Positions 34,146 to 43,944 of a stretch of 45,154 bases of DNA are shown here, piece by piece. The DNA is from Methanosarcinales archaeon. GTDB taxonomy: Archaea; Halobacteriota; Methanosarcinia; Methanosarcinales; Methanogasteraceae. Every line of letters begins with the position of its first letter. Position 1 is the stretch's first letter. The notes under the pieces are model-generated. The model made no database searches. It saw only the letters and a program-made list of their open reading frames with translations, and was not told the origin of the DNA. The translations under genes and the position numbers were made by a program. The stretch is taken from NCBI GenBank assembly GCA_021159385.1, contig JAGGRW010000001.1, positions 1 to 45,154 of the forward strand, given 5' to 3'.

Positions 34146-35183
34146 ATGACCCTACGAATATCGATCATCGGATTCGGCGCTGTCGGGCAGGGCGTTTCCG
34201 AGATACTGGCGCACACGAACCACAACAATCATAACAATCACAACCAGCATCCCCCAATCAGCGTAGTTGCGATCGCGGATTCCCGCGGCGCAGTCGTTGA
34301 CGAGGGCGGCGTCGATCTCGCGGACACATTGCAGCGGAAGAGGAGTACCGGGACGGTTGCGACCGCTGACGCTACTGGTATGACCGCGCTCGATGTAATC
34401 GAGAGCGTCGATCACGAGATCGTCGTCGAGGCGACGCCGACTGATATCACAACAGGCGGAATCGGGCTTACACACATCAGAAGAGCATTCGAGTGCGGGA
34501 GACACGTTGTCACGTCGAACAAAGGTCCTCTCGTCGTGAAATACAGAGAACTCTGTGAGCTTGCAAGAGCGAACGGACTTCATTTCAGATTCGAGGCGAC
34601 CGTCGGCGGTGCGATGCCGATCATCAATCTTTCAAGAGAGGTTCTTGCCGGAAACCGGATTCTCGCAACCGAGGGCGTTTTGAACGGGACATGCAACTAC
34701 ATCCTGACGCGCATGGATGATGAGGGCGTCTCGTACGAACATGCGCTTGGAGAGGCGCAGGAACTCGGCATCGCCGAAGCGGACCCGACCGCAGACGTTG
34801 ATGGGATCGATACCGCAGCAAAGATCGTGATTCTCGCAAATTCGCTCTTCGGGATGGATGTCGGGTACGACGACGTGGATGTGACCGGGATCACAAAGAT
34901 CACACCGGAAGCATTCAAACTTGCAAAAGAAAGCGGACACACAATAAAACTGATCGGAGAGGTTCAGGAAAATCGGGACAGTCAGGACAACCGGCTCAGG
35001 GTTGCGCCAAAGATGGTGCCGAGAAACCACCCCCTGAACATCGGCGGAACGTTCAACCTCGCATCCATACAGACCGAGCTTGCCGGGAGAATCACGATCG
35101 GCGGGATTGGTGCCGGATCAATCGAGACCGCAAGCGCGATACTGAGCGACATTCTGTGGATAGCCGGAGTGGGTGGAGAATAG
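34146..35183 (+). CDS. hom: Homoserine dehydrogenase
   Basis: ISIIGFGAVGQGV (NAD-binding), VVTSNKGPL, FEATVGGAMPII and NGTCNYILTRM are typical. The ATG at 34146 is preferred. There is a His/Asn-rich insert near the N-terminus. Confidence 0.85.
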   Translation: MTLRISIIGFGAVGQGVSEILAHTNHNNHNNHNQHPPISVVAIADSRGAVVDEGGVDLADTLQRKRSTGTVATADATGMTALDVIESVDHEIVVEATPTDITTGGIGLTHIRRAFECGRHVVTSNKGPLVVKYRELCELARANGLHFRFEATVGGAMPIINLSREVLAGNRILATEGVLNGTCNYILTRMDDEGVSYEHALGEAQELGIAEADPTADVDGIDTAAKIVILANSLFGMDVGYDDVDVTGITKITPEAFKLAKESGHTIKLIGEVQENRDSQDNRLRVAPKMVPRNHPLNIGGTFNLASIQTELAGRITIGGIGAGSIETASAILSDILWIAGVGGE

Positions 35184-35335
35184 GGAATAGCGCGAGTTTG
35201 AGTTGGGGGTTGCTGCCACAAAACCTCTGCGCCCCTCCACATCCCTCCACGCCCTTCTATGGTTAATTTCCTGCAATGGAATAGCAAAGACCTAAAAATG
35301 ACGTTGGGAGGTGAGAGAGATCAGCATGCACAGAT

Positions 35336-35923
35336 CTACGTGGCAGGAGTACCTGTGATCTCCGTTTTCAGAATCTCCACCCTGCGCAGCGGGTATATCT
35401 GTTTAACGCTACGATAAATCTTTGCAGAAAACTTCCCATTCACAATTTCTTCGATTAACTTTTCAAAATCAAGTTTTCTTGCGCGTTCAAAGACAAGTGC
35501 TTCTACCTTCTTGCGCATTCCAATGATCTGGCTTGTTTTTGCGCGATGTGTCGTGAAACACGTTGGTTTTATCCGCAGCCGGTACCCGTCCTTTGTATAC
35601 ACCTCAAGGTTTGCATCGATTCTTGAGGTCTGGCGCTTGACCAGCGACCCGATGTAATCGTTTGCAAGCCTGTGCCCGACGAACGTTGTGTCTGCTGTGT
35701 TTCCGCTCGCCTCATTGACTTTGAATCGCAGTTTGACGTTCTGCTTCGAGAACTCCTTTGTCATCTCGCCGACCGTGACATCAATCGTCCGACCGATCAG
35801 CTTTTCGGGCGCGTCTGCAAACGTCTCCCCTATGACCGACCTGCCAAACATCTCAGGGGCTACGATCTGGTACCATTCCTTTGACTTCCATCGATCGACT
35901 TTCCGTGTCGTTTTTCTTGCCAA
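35336..35923 (-). CDS. rps3ae: 30S ribosomal protein S3Ae (eS1)
   Basis: MARKTTRKVDRWKSKEWYQIVAPEMFG... is the characteristic S3Ae N-terminus, at 195 aa. Confidence 0.95.
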   Translation of the reverse strand: MARKTTRKVDRWKSKEWYQIVAPEMFGRSVIGETFADAPEKLIGRTIDVTVGEMTKEFSKQNVKLRFKVNEASGNTADTTFVGHRLANDYIGSLVKRQTSRIDANLEVYTKDGYRLRIKPTCFTTHRAKTSQIIGMRKKVEALVFERARKLDFEKLIEEIVNGKFSAKIYRSVKQIYPLRRVEILKTEITGTPAT

Positions 35924-35961
35924 TTGTTCGTTTCCTCCGGAATGGTATGTTGCAGGCGATG

Positions 35962-35969
35962 ATTATAAA
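35962..35969. promoter_or_regulatory. Shared TATA-like element in the 77-bp divergent rps3ae / antiporter intergenic region
   Basis: attataaa on the plus strand is TTTATAAT on the minus strand. It lies 32-39 nt upstream of the antiporter ATG (36001) and 39-46 nt upstream of the rps3ae ATG (35923). Confidence 0.35.
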
Positions 35970-36000
35970 GATTATGTATCATGAAGCCGAATTTCATCTC

Positions 36001-36945
36001 ATGATGATAAAACTGCTGGTGCTTGTTATCTCTGCAATCCTTCTGGCGTATTCGAGTGACTGGTTTACAAACGGCGCATCGAAACTCGCAAGGGCGATCG
36101 GCGTCTCGGATTTCATGATCGGATTAACAGTCGTTGCGATCGGAACCTCGCTTCCTGAGATCGCGGTCTCTGCGACGTCGGCATATTCGCAACTCGAGGG
36201 CGCTACCGGGCTTGCGGTCGGAAACATCATCGGATCAAACATCACAAACATCGCGCTGATACTCGGAACAGCGTGCATCGTAAAGCCGATCGTGATTGAT
36301 TCCCGCGTCTCCCGCGACGCTACGATCCACGCGCTGATACTTGTTGCGGCATCGCTTTTTTTCATGTACCAGAGCAAGATCACGCGCCCGGGAGGTCTGC
36401 TCCTGATTCTGGTGTACGGGTGGTATATCTGGGACGGGTACACCCGACACAGGTCGGTACATGCCCGGAGGGACGGGGTTCGCAGCAACCGCAAGTACAT
36501 CGCGCAAGCCCTGCTTGAGACTGTAATCGGGGCACTGGGCGTTCTTGTGGCATGTAAATTTCTGGTGGGCGCGGCAATCGATATCGCATCCGAACTGGGC
36601 ATATCCGCAACAGTCATCGGACTCACGATCGTTGCGCTCGGAACCTCACTCCCCGAACTCGCAGTATCGGTTGCAGCAGCCAAGAAACGGCAGGGCATGA
36701 TGGTTCTTGGAAACGTGATCGGGAGTAACATCGCAAACATCCTGCTCGCTCTCGGAATCGGCGCGGGGATACGCACAATCACACTCTCTGACGTCGGCGA
36801 GACGTTTGTTACCAACATCGTCCTGATGGTCTTTCTGGCGATGGCGATCTCGATCTTTGTCAGGTATCGCGGGGTATTTGATAGGAGAGTCGGCGTCCTC
36901 TTCGTCATGACGTACGCAACCTTCATCGCGATGACCGTTTTGTGA
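36001..36945 (+). CDS. Ca2+/cation antiporter (CaCA family, YrbG-like)
   Basis: Two alpha-repeat motifs are present (GLTVVAIGTSLPE and GLTIVALGTSLPELAVS; GNIIGSNITNI and GNVIGSNIANI). The ATG at 36001 is preferred over the ORF-track start at 35881, which overlaps rps3ae. Confidence 0.85.
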   Translation: MMIKLLVLVISAILLAYSSDWFTNGASKLARAIGVSDFMIGLTVVAIGTSLPEIAVSATSAYSQLEGATGLAVGNIIGSNITNIALILGTACIVKPIVIDSRVSRDATIHALILVAASLFFMYQSKITRPGGLLLILVYGWYIWDGYTRHRSVHARRDGVRSNRKYIAQALLETVIGALGVLVACKFLVGAAIDIASELGISATVIGLTIVALGTSLPELAVSVAAAKKRQGMMVLGNVIGSNIANILLALGIGAGIRTITLSDVGETFVTNIVLMVFLAMAISIFVRYRGVFDRRVGVLFVMTYATFIAMTVL

Positions 36946-37133
36946 AGAGTTCGCGAGTGTAGAAGCTGCCCTGCGATAGGTTTAGGTGCGGTCTCGCCAA
37001 GTGTAGGATTCATCCCCGCCATCCCCGCCATTCCATCGCAGAGTACCGACACGATGTGAATGACGTAAATAGCGCAAATGACCTAACCTACCGCAAACAA
37101 CGCAAACAACGCAAAACGGTGACTGATGAAACG

Positions 37134-38822
37134 ATGTTCCTCAAATTTAAAGACGAAGTAGAGACTGTTCTTGCAGATGCGTTCGATTCAACCGAATATT
37201 CGGCAGATGACCTCCGGATCGAAGAATCTGCGCACGCAGACCTCGCATCATCGTTGTCGTTCGGATTGGCGTCGACGTACAGGCAGAATCCGGCAACGAT
37301 CGCAAATAGAATCGCCGATGCAATCATAATCCCCGCGGATTCGTTGATCGGGGACGTACAGGTGGCTGGTGCGTACATCAATTTTTTCGTCAGTAAAAAA
37401 TTCCTGGAATGTACAATACGTGAAACGTTCGGAGCGAAGGAATCGTACGGCGCAGGTCACAGAGAAGGCAGGGTGATAATCGAGCACACCTCTGCAAACC
37501 CGAACGGTCCATTGCACGTCGGACACATCAGGAATTCGGTCATTGGTGACACTCTTGCCCGAATTCTGAAAAAGGCAGGATATGAGGTGGAAGTCCAGTA
37601 TTATGTCAATGATATGGGGCGGCAGGTCGCAATCGTCGCATGGGCGCTCGATCGTTTTGAATTTGACGGCGGCAAGAAGACGGATCATGCGATAGCAGAC
37701 GTCTACATCCGTGCAAATCAGGAACTCGGAGAAGACCCGGATCTGGTCTGCGAGATTGATTCCATGATGCAGGAGATCGAACTCGGCGACGAGGGCATGA
37801 TCGACCGGTTCAGTCGTGTAACTCTCCTTGCAATCGACGGGATTACGACAACACTCGCACGCATGAACGTCCATCACGATCAATTTGTTCACGAGTCGCA
37901 GTTCGTACGAAACGGCGACGTGGCTTCTCTTCTGCAGGAACTGGATCACAGAGGACTGGTGGAGATGATTGACGGCGCTCTCACGGTTCCGATGCCAGAG
38001 TTTGACAAGGATCTCGTGGTCAGGCGGAGCGATCAGACCTCGCTCTATGTCACAAGGGACCTCGCGTACCACCGGTGGAAGGCGGAGCGGTGCGACAGCA
38101 TGATCGATGTTCTTGGCGCGGATCACAAATTAATCTCAAGCCAGCTGTGCCATGTCCTTGCGGCGTATGGGGTAATGGAGCCTAAGATCGTCATTTTTGA
38201 GTTTGTATCGCTTCCGGAGGGCTCGATGAGCACCCGGGCAGGCAAATTCATCTCCGCAGACGAACTCCTCGATCAGATCGAGAAGCAGGCGCTTCAAGAA
38301 GTCACAAAGCGCAGACCTGACGCGGACGCGGGTTTCAGAGATCGCGTCGCACGAGAGGTCGGAGTGGGCGCTGTCAGGTACGATATCGTGAAAGTCTCGC
38401 CTGAGAAGGCAACGACCTTCGATTGGGAGAGTGCGCTCGACTTTGATAAGCTCGGAGCCCCATTCATACAGTATTCTCACGCACGGGCGTGCAGCATCAT
38501 CAGAAAAGCGCCGCACGTCCCGGAGTTAGCCGAGATCGACCTGTCTCTTCTGATGAGTGACGCCGAGATTGCGTTTGTAAAACAACTCGCCAGATTCTCG
38601 TTTGTAATCGATACTGCGGCGACAGAGCTGAAACCGCATATCGTAGCGATCTATGCACGGGAACTTGCGGAATCGTTCAATCAGTTCTACCGGCTGTCGC
38701 CTGTTCTCACTGCGCCCGACGAACTCCTGCGCGACGCCAGAATCGGGCTTGTCGAGTGCGCACGGGTCGCGCTCTCAAATGTGCTGGATGTGCTCGGAAT
38801 CGCCGCGCCCGAGTCGATGTGA
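37134..38822 (+). CDS. argS: Arginyl-tRNA synthetase
   Basis: SANPNGPLHVGHIRNSVIGD (HIGH region), GADH, and the DALR anticodon-binding end (YARELAESFNQFY). The ATG at 37134 is preferred. Confidence 0.95.
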   Translation: MFLKFKDEVETVLADAFDSTEYSADDLRIEESAHADLASSLSFGLASTYRQNPATIANRIADAIIIPADSLIGDVQVAGAYINFFVSKKFLECTIRETFGAKESYGAGHREGRVIIEHTSANPNGPLHVGHIRNSVIGDTLARILKKAGYEVEVQYYVNDMGRQVAIVAWALDRFEFDGGKKTDHAIADVYIRANQELGEDPDLVCEIDSMMQEIELGDEGMIDRFSRVTLLAIDGITTTLARMNVHHDQFVHESQFVRNGDVASLLQELDHRGLVEMIDGALTVPMPEFDKDLVVRRSDQTSLYVTRDLAYHRWKAERCDSMIDVLGADHKLISSQLCHVLAAYGVMEPKIVIFEFVSLPEGSMSTRAGKFISADELLDQIEKQALQEVTKRRPDADAGFRDRVAREVGVGAVRYDIVKVSPEKATTFDWESALDFDKLGAPFIQYSHARACSIIRKAPHVPELAEIDLSLLMSDAEIAFVKQLARFSFVIDTAATELKPHIVAIYARELAESFNQFYRLSPVLTAPDELLRDARIGLVECARVALSNVLDVLGIAAPESM

Positions 38823-38940
38823 TGAGCGTGGGCGGTGGTAAGGCGAACGGTTGATGATATAGACAGGCGAGTCGTACGTGTAAGCCATCGTTTAGTCAAA
38901 GTGAGCAGGTTTATCTACCCCGGATCTAAGAAAATGCTCG

Positions 38941-39324
38941 ATGTCCGATGATACGAAGCTTTCATCTCGTAGTACAGTCGATACAACTCGAACCATCGCG
39001 CCCAATCCGCCCAATCCGCCAGATCCAACGTATCCTGTTGCTAAATTTCTTTCGTGGCTAATAAAACGCGGATCGATCAGAAGATTGAGTGAATGTAAGA
39101 AAAAATGGGGGGCTGAAGGACTCGATATCGAAAGTATTGTCAAAGAATTGAGTCCGCAATATATAGGCATGTATCGATATAAAGGTGAAAAAATAGTTAA
39201 ATTAGAAGACCAGGCATGGGCATCCCAATGGATCTCATACTATGATCTTGAAGTCCCTCATCACAGACATAAAAAGCGATTAGAAAAAATATTTTCTGTA
39301 ACAGAAAACAAAACAAAGGTTTAA
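38941..39324 (+). CDS. Hypothetical protein (127 aa), first ORF of an AT-rich island
   Basis: No recognisable family. The N-terminal part overlaps a cccaatccg tandem word repeat, so the true start is uncertain. The C-terminal two-thirds share the AT-rich composition of the next two genes. Confidence 0.35.
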   Translation: MSDDTKLSSRSTVDTTRTIAPNPPNPPDPTYPVAKFLSWLIKRGSIRRLSECKKKWGAEGLDIESIVKELSPQYIGMYRYKGEKIVKLEDQAWASQWISYYDLEVPHHRHKKRLEKIFSVTENKTKV

Positions 39325-39351
39325 TAAGAGAAGATGCCATACTGAATTAAC

Positions 39352-39870
39352 ATGGCAGAAGAACACTTACCAGAGTTGCCAGATGAATTTGAGATATATC
39401 TCGATAAACCCTACGGCGGACTCTTTGGCGATAATGTACAGACGCGGATCATCGAAGAGGTTGTAGCTGACCCCTATCGCGACTATCGACCCAAATATTT
39501 TGAAGAAATGACTGGAGCCAGAGCACCAACCGTCAGAAAAGCTCTTGCCAATCTCACATATCTTGGGTTGCTTGAAAAAGACGTGAACGATGTGCAACAT
39601 CCTATTTATCGTTTAAATTTAAAATCAAAAAAAATTATTGCATTAACATTTCTGTCTTATGCTTCAATAGACGATAGAGATGGAACGGAATGTATGGATA
39701 ATGCCATTTTGGAGTACTACATGAAAATACTAAGTCAAAAAGTACAGCCATTAGCTGTTGCCACTATGACCAAATATGAATGCGACGGCAGAATTTTGAC
39801 TGATGAATTCATCGCAGGTGGTGGACAACCATCTAAAGAAAGTGGTGTATTGGCTTCAGGACAGGCTTGA
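39352..39870 (+). CDS. Putative winged-helix DNA-binding protein
   Basis: TRIIEEVVADPYRDYRPKYFEEMTGARAPTVRKALANLTYLGLLEK looks like a wHTH recognition unit. 172 aa. Confidence 0.5.
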   Translation: MAEEHLPELPDEFEIYLDKPYGGLFGDNVQTRIIEEVVADPYRDYRPKYFEEMTGARAPTVRKALANLTYLGLLEKDVNDVQHPIYRLNLKSKKIIALTFLSYASIDDRDGTECMDNAILEYYMKILSQKVQPLAVATMTKYECDGRILTDEFIAGGGQPSKESGVLASGQA

Positions 39871-39875
39871 TTTTT

Positions 39876-40238
39876 ATGACTACTGAAAAAGAAAAGGATT
39901 TACTGGAAGAAGAAAAGGCTCCGGACGAAGAAGCAAAATCAGTTTTAATCGATTTAGGAGAAATTTACAGATTCGATCCGAAGGATATCATACCAGATAT
40001 ATCTGTAGTTCACTACTCAAATCTTGCATATATTCAAGCGACCCATAGAGATGTGTATATAGACTTCCTTCAAATGCCCGGCATCAAGAAAGGCGATAAA
40101 GTTCTCCTCGATGGAACCCGGATATACATGTCACATGTGGCTGCCAAAAAACTCGCTGAAGCGTTACAGGGGATTTTAGAACAAGTATATTCTCGTGGCG
40201 ACATGGAAATGTATGTTAACGCAGAAAAAGATGAATAG
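39876..40238 (+). CDS. DUF3467-like protein
   Basis: YSNLAYIQATHRDVYIDFLQMPG...GTRIYMSHVAAKKLAEAL matches my memory of the DUF3467 pattern (xxEfxlDF...RVxMSPxxAKxL). The ORF-track TTG start at 39867 overlaps the previous stop; the ATG at 39876 is preferred. Confidence 0.5.
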   Translation: MTTEKEKDLLEEEKAPDEEAKSVLIDLGEIYRFDPKDIIPDISVVHYSNLAYIQATHRDVYIDFLQMPGIKKGDKVLLDGTRIYMSHVAAKKLAEALQGILEQVYSRGDMEMYVNAEKDE

Positions 40239-40377
40239 AAAATCAACCAAACGATCTCTGCACCTCCGTGACATTCGCGTGCGCTCACATTCGCGTCTGT
40301 GTAGCAGGGGCAGCAGCGAAGCCATCCATCGGCAACCATAAGCAATATATCCCCCGAACTCCAGAAAGCCACTCCAG

Positions 40378-42381
40378 ATGCAGAAAAGAACACTTGTCAC
40401 ATGCGGACTCCCCTACGCAAACGGACCCGCACACATCGGGCACCTCAGGACATACATCCCGGCAGACATATTCGTCAGGTCGCTGCGGAAAGAGGGGCGG
40501 GACACGACGTTTGTCTGCGGATCGGACGCGCACGGAACCCCCATTGTCATCAATGCCGAGGAACTCGGGACGACGCCGTCCGAACTTGTTACGCAGTACC
40601 ATGATCACTTTGATGAGACTTTCAAGTCTCTTAACATCATATTCGACAGATTCGGTAGCACAGAGTCAGAGACGAACCACAACCGTACAACAGAGATCGT
40701 GAATACGCTGATTTCTAATGGTTATGTCTTTTCACAGGAAGTTGAGCTCGCATACTGTCCGACATGCAACAGGTTCCTGCCTGACCGGTATGTTGAGGGC
40801 GTATGTCCCGACTGCGGCGCGGTTGCGCGGGGTGACGAATGTGATCAGGGCTGCGGCAAGCATCTCGAACCAGGGGAGATTCTTAATCCGCTCTGCAAGA
40901 TATGCGGAAGCAAAGCGGAATTCAGATCACAGGAGCACTTCTTCTTCAGATTGTCCGAATTTAGCGGATTTCTTTCGGATTATCTCAAGAAACTCGGCGG
41001 AACATCAAACGCAAGGAATTATGCGATGGGGTGGATCGACAGGAAGCTGAATGACTGGTGCATCACCCGAAATCTCGAGTGGGGCGTTCGGTTTCCGGGT
41101 CACGAGGATCTGGTCGTCTACGTCTGGGTGGACGCGCCGATCGGCTACATCTCGTTCACCGAGGAGTGGGCGAACGAGAACGGGATTGACTGGAAGGAGT
41201 ACTGGGTGAATCCCGACGGAGACACCGACATCATCCATTTCATCGGCGGAGACATCATCTACCACCACTGCATCTTTTGGCCCGCGCTACTCAAAGGCGC
41301 AGGATACACGCTTCCGAGAGCCGTTGTCGCATCCGGAATGGTCAAAATCGGAGACAAGACGTTCTCAAAGAGCAGGGGGTACGTCGTCTGGGTGAACGAC
41401 GATTATCTCGACAAAGGGTTCCATCCCGACCTGCTGCGGTACTATCTCGCAAGCTACACCTCGCATACGAAGGAACTGAACTTCTCGTGGAAGATCTTTC
41501 AGGAGAAGGTGAACAACGAACTCGTGGGAACGCTCGGAAACTTCATCTACAGAACGCTCCTCTTTGCGCAGAAGAACTTTGGCGCTGTGCCGGACGGAGA
41601 GATCGATTCCGGTGTCGCAAAGGAGATAGAGGCTGCAAAGGACTCGGTCATTGCGGCGTTTAACGGTTACGAGTTCAAGCGGGGGATCGACGATGCGATG
41701 AACCTTGCATCGTTTGGAAACTCGTATTTCCAGTCGAACGAACCGTGGAAACTGATAAAAACTGATGCGGCGGCTGCGGGAAAGGTGGTTCGGAACTGCC
41801 TCCAGATCGCAAAGGCACTTGCAATACTCTTCGAGTCTGTGATCCCGGCAACAGCAAGCGAAGCATGGAATCAGCTCGGAATGGGAACAGAACTCAAAAA
41901 TACGCCTTATGATGAGGTTGCAGTAGAGATTGCGGCAGGGCAGTCGCTTCTGCCGCCGTCTCTTCTCTTCGCGAAGATCGATGACCAGACGATCAAAGAA
42001 ATGGATGCGATTCTCAGTGATCGCGTCAGTGAGGGGGCATCGAAGAAGCATATCACGTTTGAGGAGTTTTCAGAGCTTGACATCCGCATCGGGACGATTG
42101 TTCAGGCAGAACCGATCAAGAAATCGAAGAAACTGTTGAAGCTTATTGTCGATCTCGGCGAGGGCGGGGGTCGGAACCGGAACCGGCAGATCGTTGCCGG
42201 AATCGCGGAGACGCATAGCCCGGAGGATCTCGTGGGTCGGCAGGTCGTGGTTCTTGCAAACATGGCGCCTGCGACGCTATTCGGTGTTGAGTCGCGGGGC
42301 ATGATCCTTGCCGCAGATTCCGGTGGCGCGATCCTGCTTGTGCCTGAGCGTGAGGTTCCGGCTGGGGTCGCGGTGGGGTGA
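40378..42381 (+). CDS. metG: Methionyl-tRNA synthetase with C-terminal Trbp111/EMAP-like tRNA-binding domain
   Basis: [18 protein letters not shown] (HIGH), zinc knuckles CPTC...CPDC...CKIC, KFSKSRG (KMSKS variant) and a C-terminal OB domain ([28 protein letters not shown]...GMILAA). Confidence 0.95.
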   Translation: MQKRTLVTCGLPYANGPAHIGHLRTYIPADIFVRSLRKEGRDTTFVCGSDAHGTPIVINAEELGTTPSELVTQYHDHFDETFKSLNIIFDRFGSTESETNHNRTTEIVNTLISNGYVFSQEVELAYCPTCNRFLPDRYVEGVCPDCGAVARGDECDQGCGKHLEPGEILNPLCKICGSKAEFRSQEHFFFRLSEFSGFLSDYLKKLGGTSNARNYAMGWIDRKLNDWCITRNLEWGVRFPGHEDLVVYVWVDAPIGYISFTEEWANENGIDWKEYWVNPDGDTDIIHFIGGDIIYHHCIFWPALLKGAGYTLPRAVVASGMVKIGDKTFSKSRGYVVWVNDDYLDKGFHPDLLRYYLASYTSHTKELNFSWKIFQEKVNNELVGTLGNFIYRTLLFAQKNFGAVPDGEIDSGVAKEIEAAKDSVIAAFNGYEFKRGIDDAMNLASFGNSYFQSNEPWKLIKTDAAAAGKVVRNCLQIAKALAILFESVIPATASEAWNQLGMGTELKNTPYDEVAVEIAAGQSLLPPSLLFAKIDDQTIKEMDAILSDRVSEGASKKHITFEEFSELDIRIGTIVQAEPIKKSKKLLKLIVDLGEGGGRNRNRQIVAGIAETHSPEDLVGRQVVVLANMAPATLFGVESRGMILAADSGGAILLVPEREVPAGVAVG

Positions 42382-42555
42382 TATTTTGGTAGTGTCCCGG
42401 ATTTCATGACTTCTGAATAACCGTAGATGCCGGGGTTAACAAATCTGCGTTCATGCCAACGGCTGCGCTTCGCAGTCAGCGTTTATCTGCGGTTGATTAT
42501 ATTTTCAACTTTTTTTCTGTGATTCGTTATTGGGGGCTACATTCTTTGAATTTTG

Positions 42556-42770
42556 CTGGTTCTGACATTTTTTGCGGTCGATAGCGGTAGCCTTCATGCG
42601 TGTGGGGAAAAGCAGGCGTATCGCTCTCAACTTTCTCGTCTTTCTCGTCTTTCTCGTCTCTCTCGCCTTTGCGTTGTGTCGGAGGAAACGCAAAGTCGCA
42701 AAGTCGCAAAGATTGAAACCCCCACCCTCTTCGGCATCTTTTGAAAACCACAGAATCCGTCAGAATCAGG
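42556..42770 (+). repeat. MITE-like repeat element, copy R1 (degenerate left end)
   Basis: The right end ccacagaatccgtcagaatcagg is the inverted match of the R2 left end cctgattctgatggcttctgtgg. Blocks shared with R2 are cggtagcctt, gcctttgcgtt, gtcgcaaaga and ttgaaaacc-cacagaatcc. The interior holds ttctcgtc x3 and gtcgcaaag x3 word arrays. Confidence 0.65.
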
Positions 42771-42787
42771 TCATTTTCTGGCAAGCC

Positions 42788-43861
42788 CTAATTCTCAACG
42801 TACCTGACCGAAATCAGAAAACCGATGAGACTCAATCCCGCTCCAACCAGAAAAACTGCTGTAAATCCAAAGTTATGCGAAAGAACTCCTCCGAGAAGAG
42901 AACCGGCAACCAATGAGAGGCTGACAACTGACGTGATCATACCCGCGGCTGCCGCCTTGTCCTGATTCGTGCGCAGCAGAAGTTCGGTTGAGCCCACGTA
43001 CAGAAACGACCACGCGATCGCGATCAGGATCATTCCGGGTATGGTGTAGTAGAATACTGGCGATGGGATAAAACTCAAGAATGCGATGACAGATATCAGG
43101 TACCCGCATCGTACGAGCGCAACCATATCCCGCCCGTCAAGCCGCCGCATCATGAAGAACTGTAGCAGGGGGTTTATCGCGTAGATTATCCCGATTGATA
43201 GCTCGTCTGCGCCGATGCTCACGAGATACAGGGGAAAGATCACCCAGACGGCTGTTGCTCCGGTATGCCGCAGCATGAACGCCAGATAGATCGCCCAGTT
43301 GACGCGCACCGTGTCAAGTGACAGGTATCGAACCTTCATCCTTCGGATCTTAACTTCCGGCAGGGTCAGGGCAGTGATCGCAGATAGCAGCATGAGAACT
43401 GAACTGGCAGCAAATATCAGGTCGTAGCCACCGGTAACTCCGATGATTCCAGCCCCGATGAATCCTGCGGCCCATCCGAGCGAGCCGAACGAGATGAACT
43501 TGCCGATACTCCGGTTCATCCCGTGAACGTGCATGATCAGAGCCGCGGGATAGATGCCGATGCAGATCCCGAGAAACCCACGCGCCAGCCCGAGACTGAT
43601 CGGATCACAGGAAAAGACTTGCAGGAGATAGGCGACCGCGGAGAGTGCGATCCCTGCAATGAGCAGTCTTTTGATGTTCCACGCATCAGAAGCCTTGCTG
43701 AAGAGATAGGAGGAGACAAAGAGGCAGAGACCGTACAGAGCAACAATCACGCCGATCTCGGTGTGGTTGGCTCCAAGCTCCTTCTCCGCAAAGAGCGGGA
43801 TCAGCATCATCGACAGCATCATCGCCGTGTTTGTTGCGAACTGGATCAGGTCGAGTCTCAT
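42788..43861 (-). CDS. MFS-type transporter
   Basis: About 12 hydrophobic segments from MRLDLIQFATNTAMMLSMMLIPLFAEKELG. The ATG at 43861 is preferred. The ORF-track start at 44116 adds an 85-aa non-hydrophobic extension that is just a translation of repeat element R2. Confidence 0.8.
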   Translation of the reverse strand: MRLDLIQFATNTAMMLSMMLIPLFAEKELGANHTEIGVIVALYGLCLFVSSYLFSKASDAWNIKRLLIAGIALSAVAYLLQVFSCDPISLGLARGFLGICIGIYPAALIMHVHGMNRSIGKFISFGSLGWAAGFIGAGIIGVTGGYDLIFAASSVLMLLSAITALTLPEVKIRRMKVRYLSLDTVRVNWAIYLAFMLRHTGATAVWVIFPLYLVSIGADELSIGIIYAINPLLQFFMMRRLDGRDMVALVRCGYLISVIAFLSFIPSPVFYYTIPGMILIAIAWSFLYVGSTELLLRTNQDKAAAAGMITSVVSLSLVAGSLLGGVLSHNFGFTAVFLVGAGLSLIGFLISVRYVEN

Positions 43862-43944
43862 CGATAGTACTTGATTCGGTCGATATTCACAATGTCGTCT
43901 GGCATGACTGACGCGATCCCAAAATCCGTTTTCTTTCGGCTTTT

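Noticed and set aside
35994-37052. 352-aa ORF on the minus strand
   Set aside because: It is antisense to the CaCA antiporter gene, whose alpha-repeat motifs are unambiguous. The Ser/Thr/Ala/Arg-rich shadow-ORF composition supports rejection.
42382-42555. Possible tRNA or small RNA downstream of metG (gctgcgcttcgcagtcagc hairpin, atctgcg words)
   Set aside because: There is no cloverleaf-compatible arrangement and no GTTCGAATC-like T-arm. It looks like more word-repeat sequence plus a short terminator-like hairpin.
42572-42916. 114-aa ORF, and a second 114-aa ORF at 43871-44215 with locally similar peptides
   Set aside because: The similarity comes from translating the two copies of the MITE-like repeat (…AFALCRRKRKVAKSQR… versus …RRRRVAKNEK…). 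Both ORFs also run antisense into, or upstream of, the MFS gene. They are repeat artefacts, not genes.
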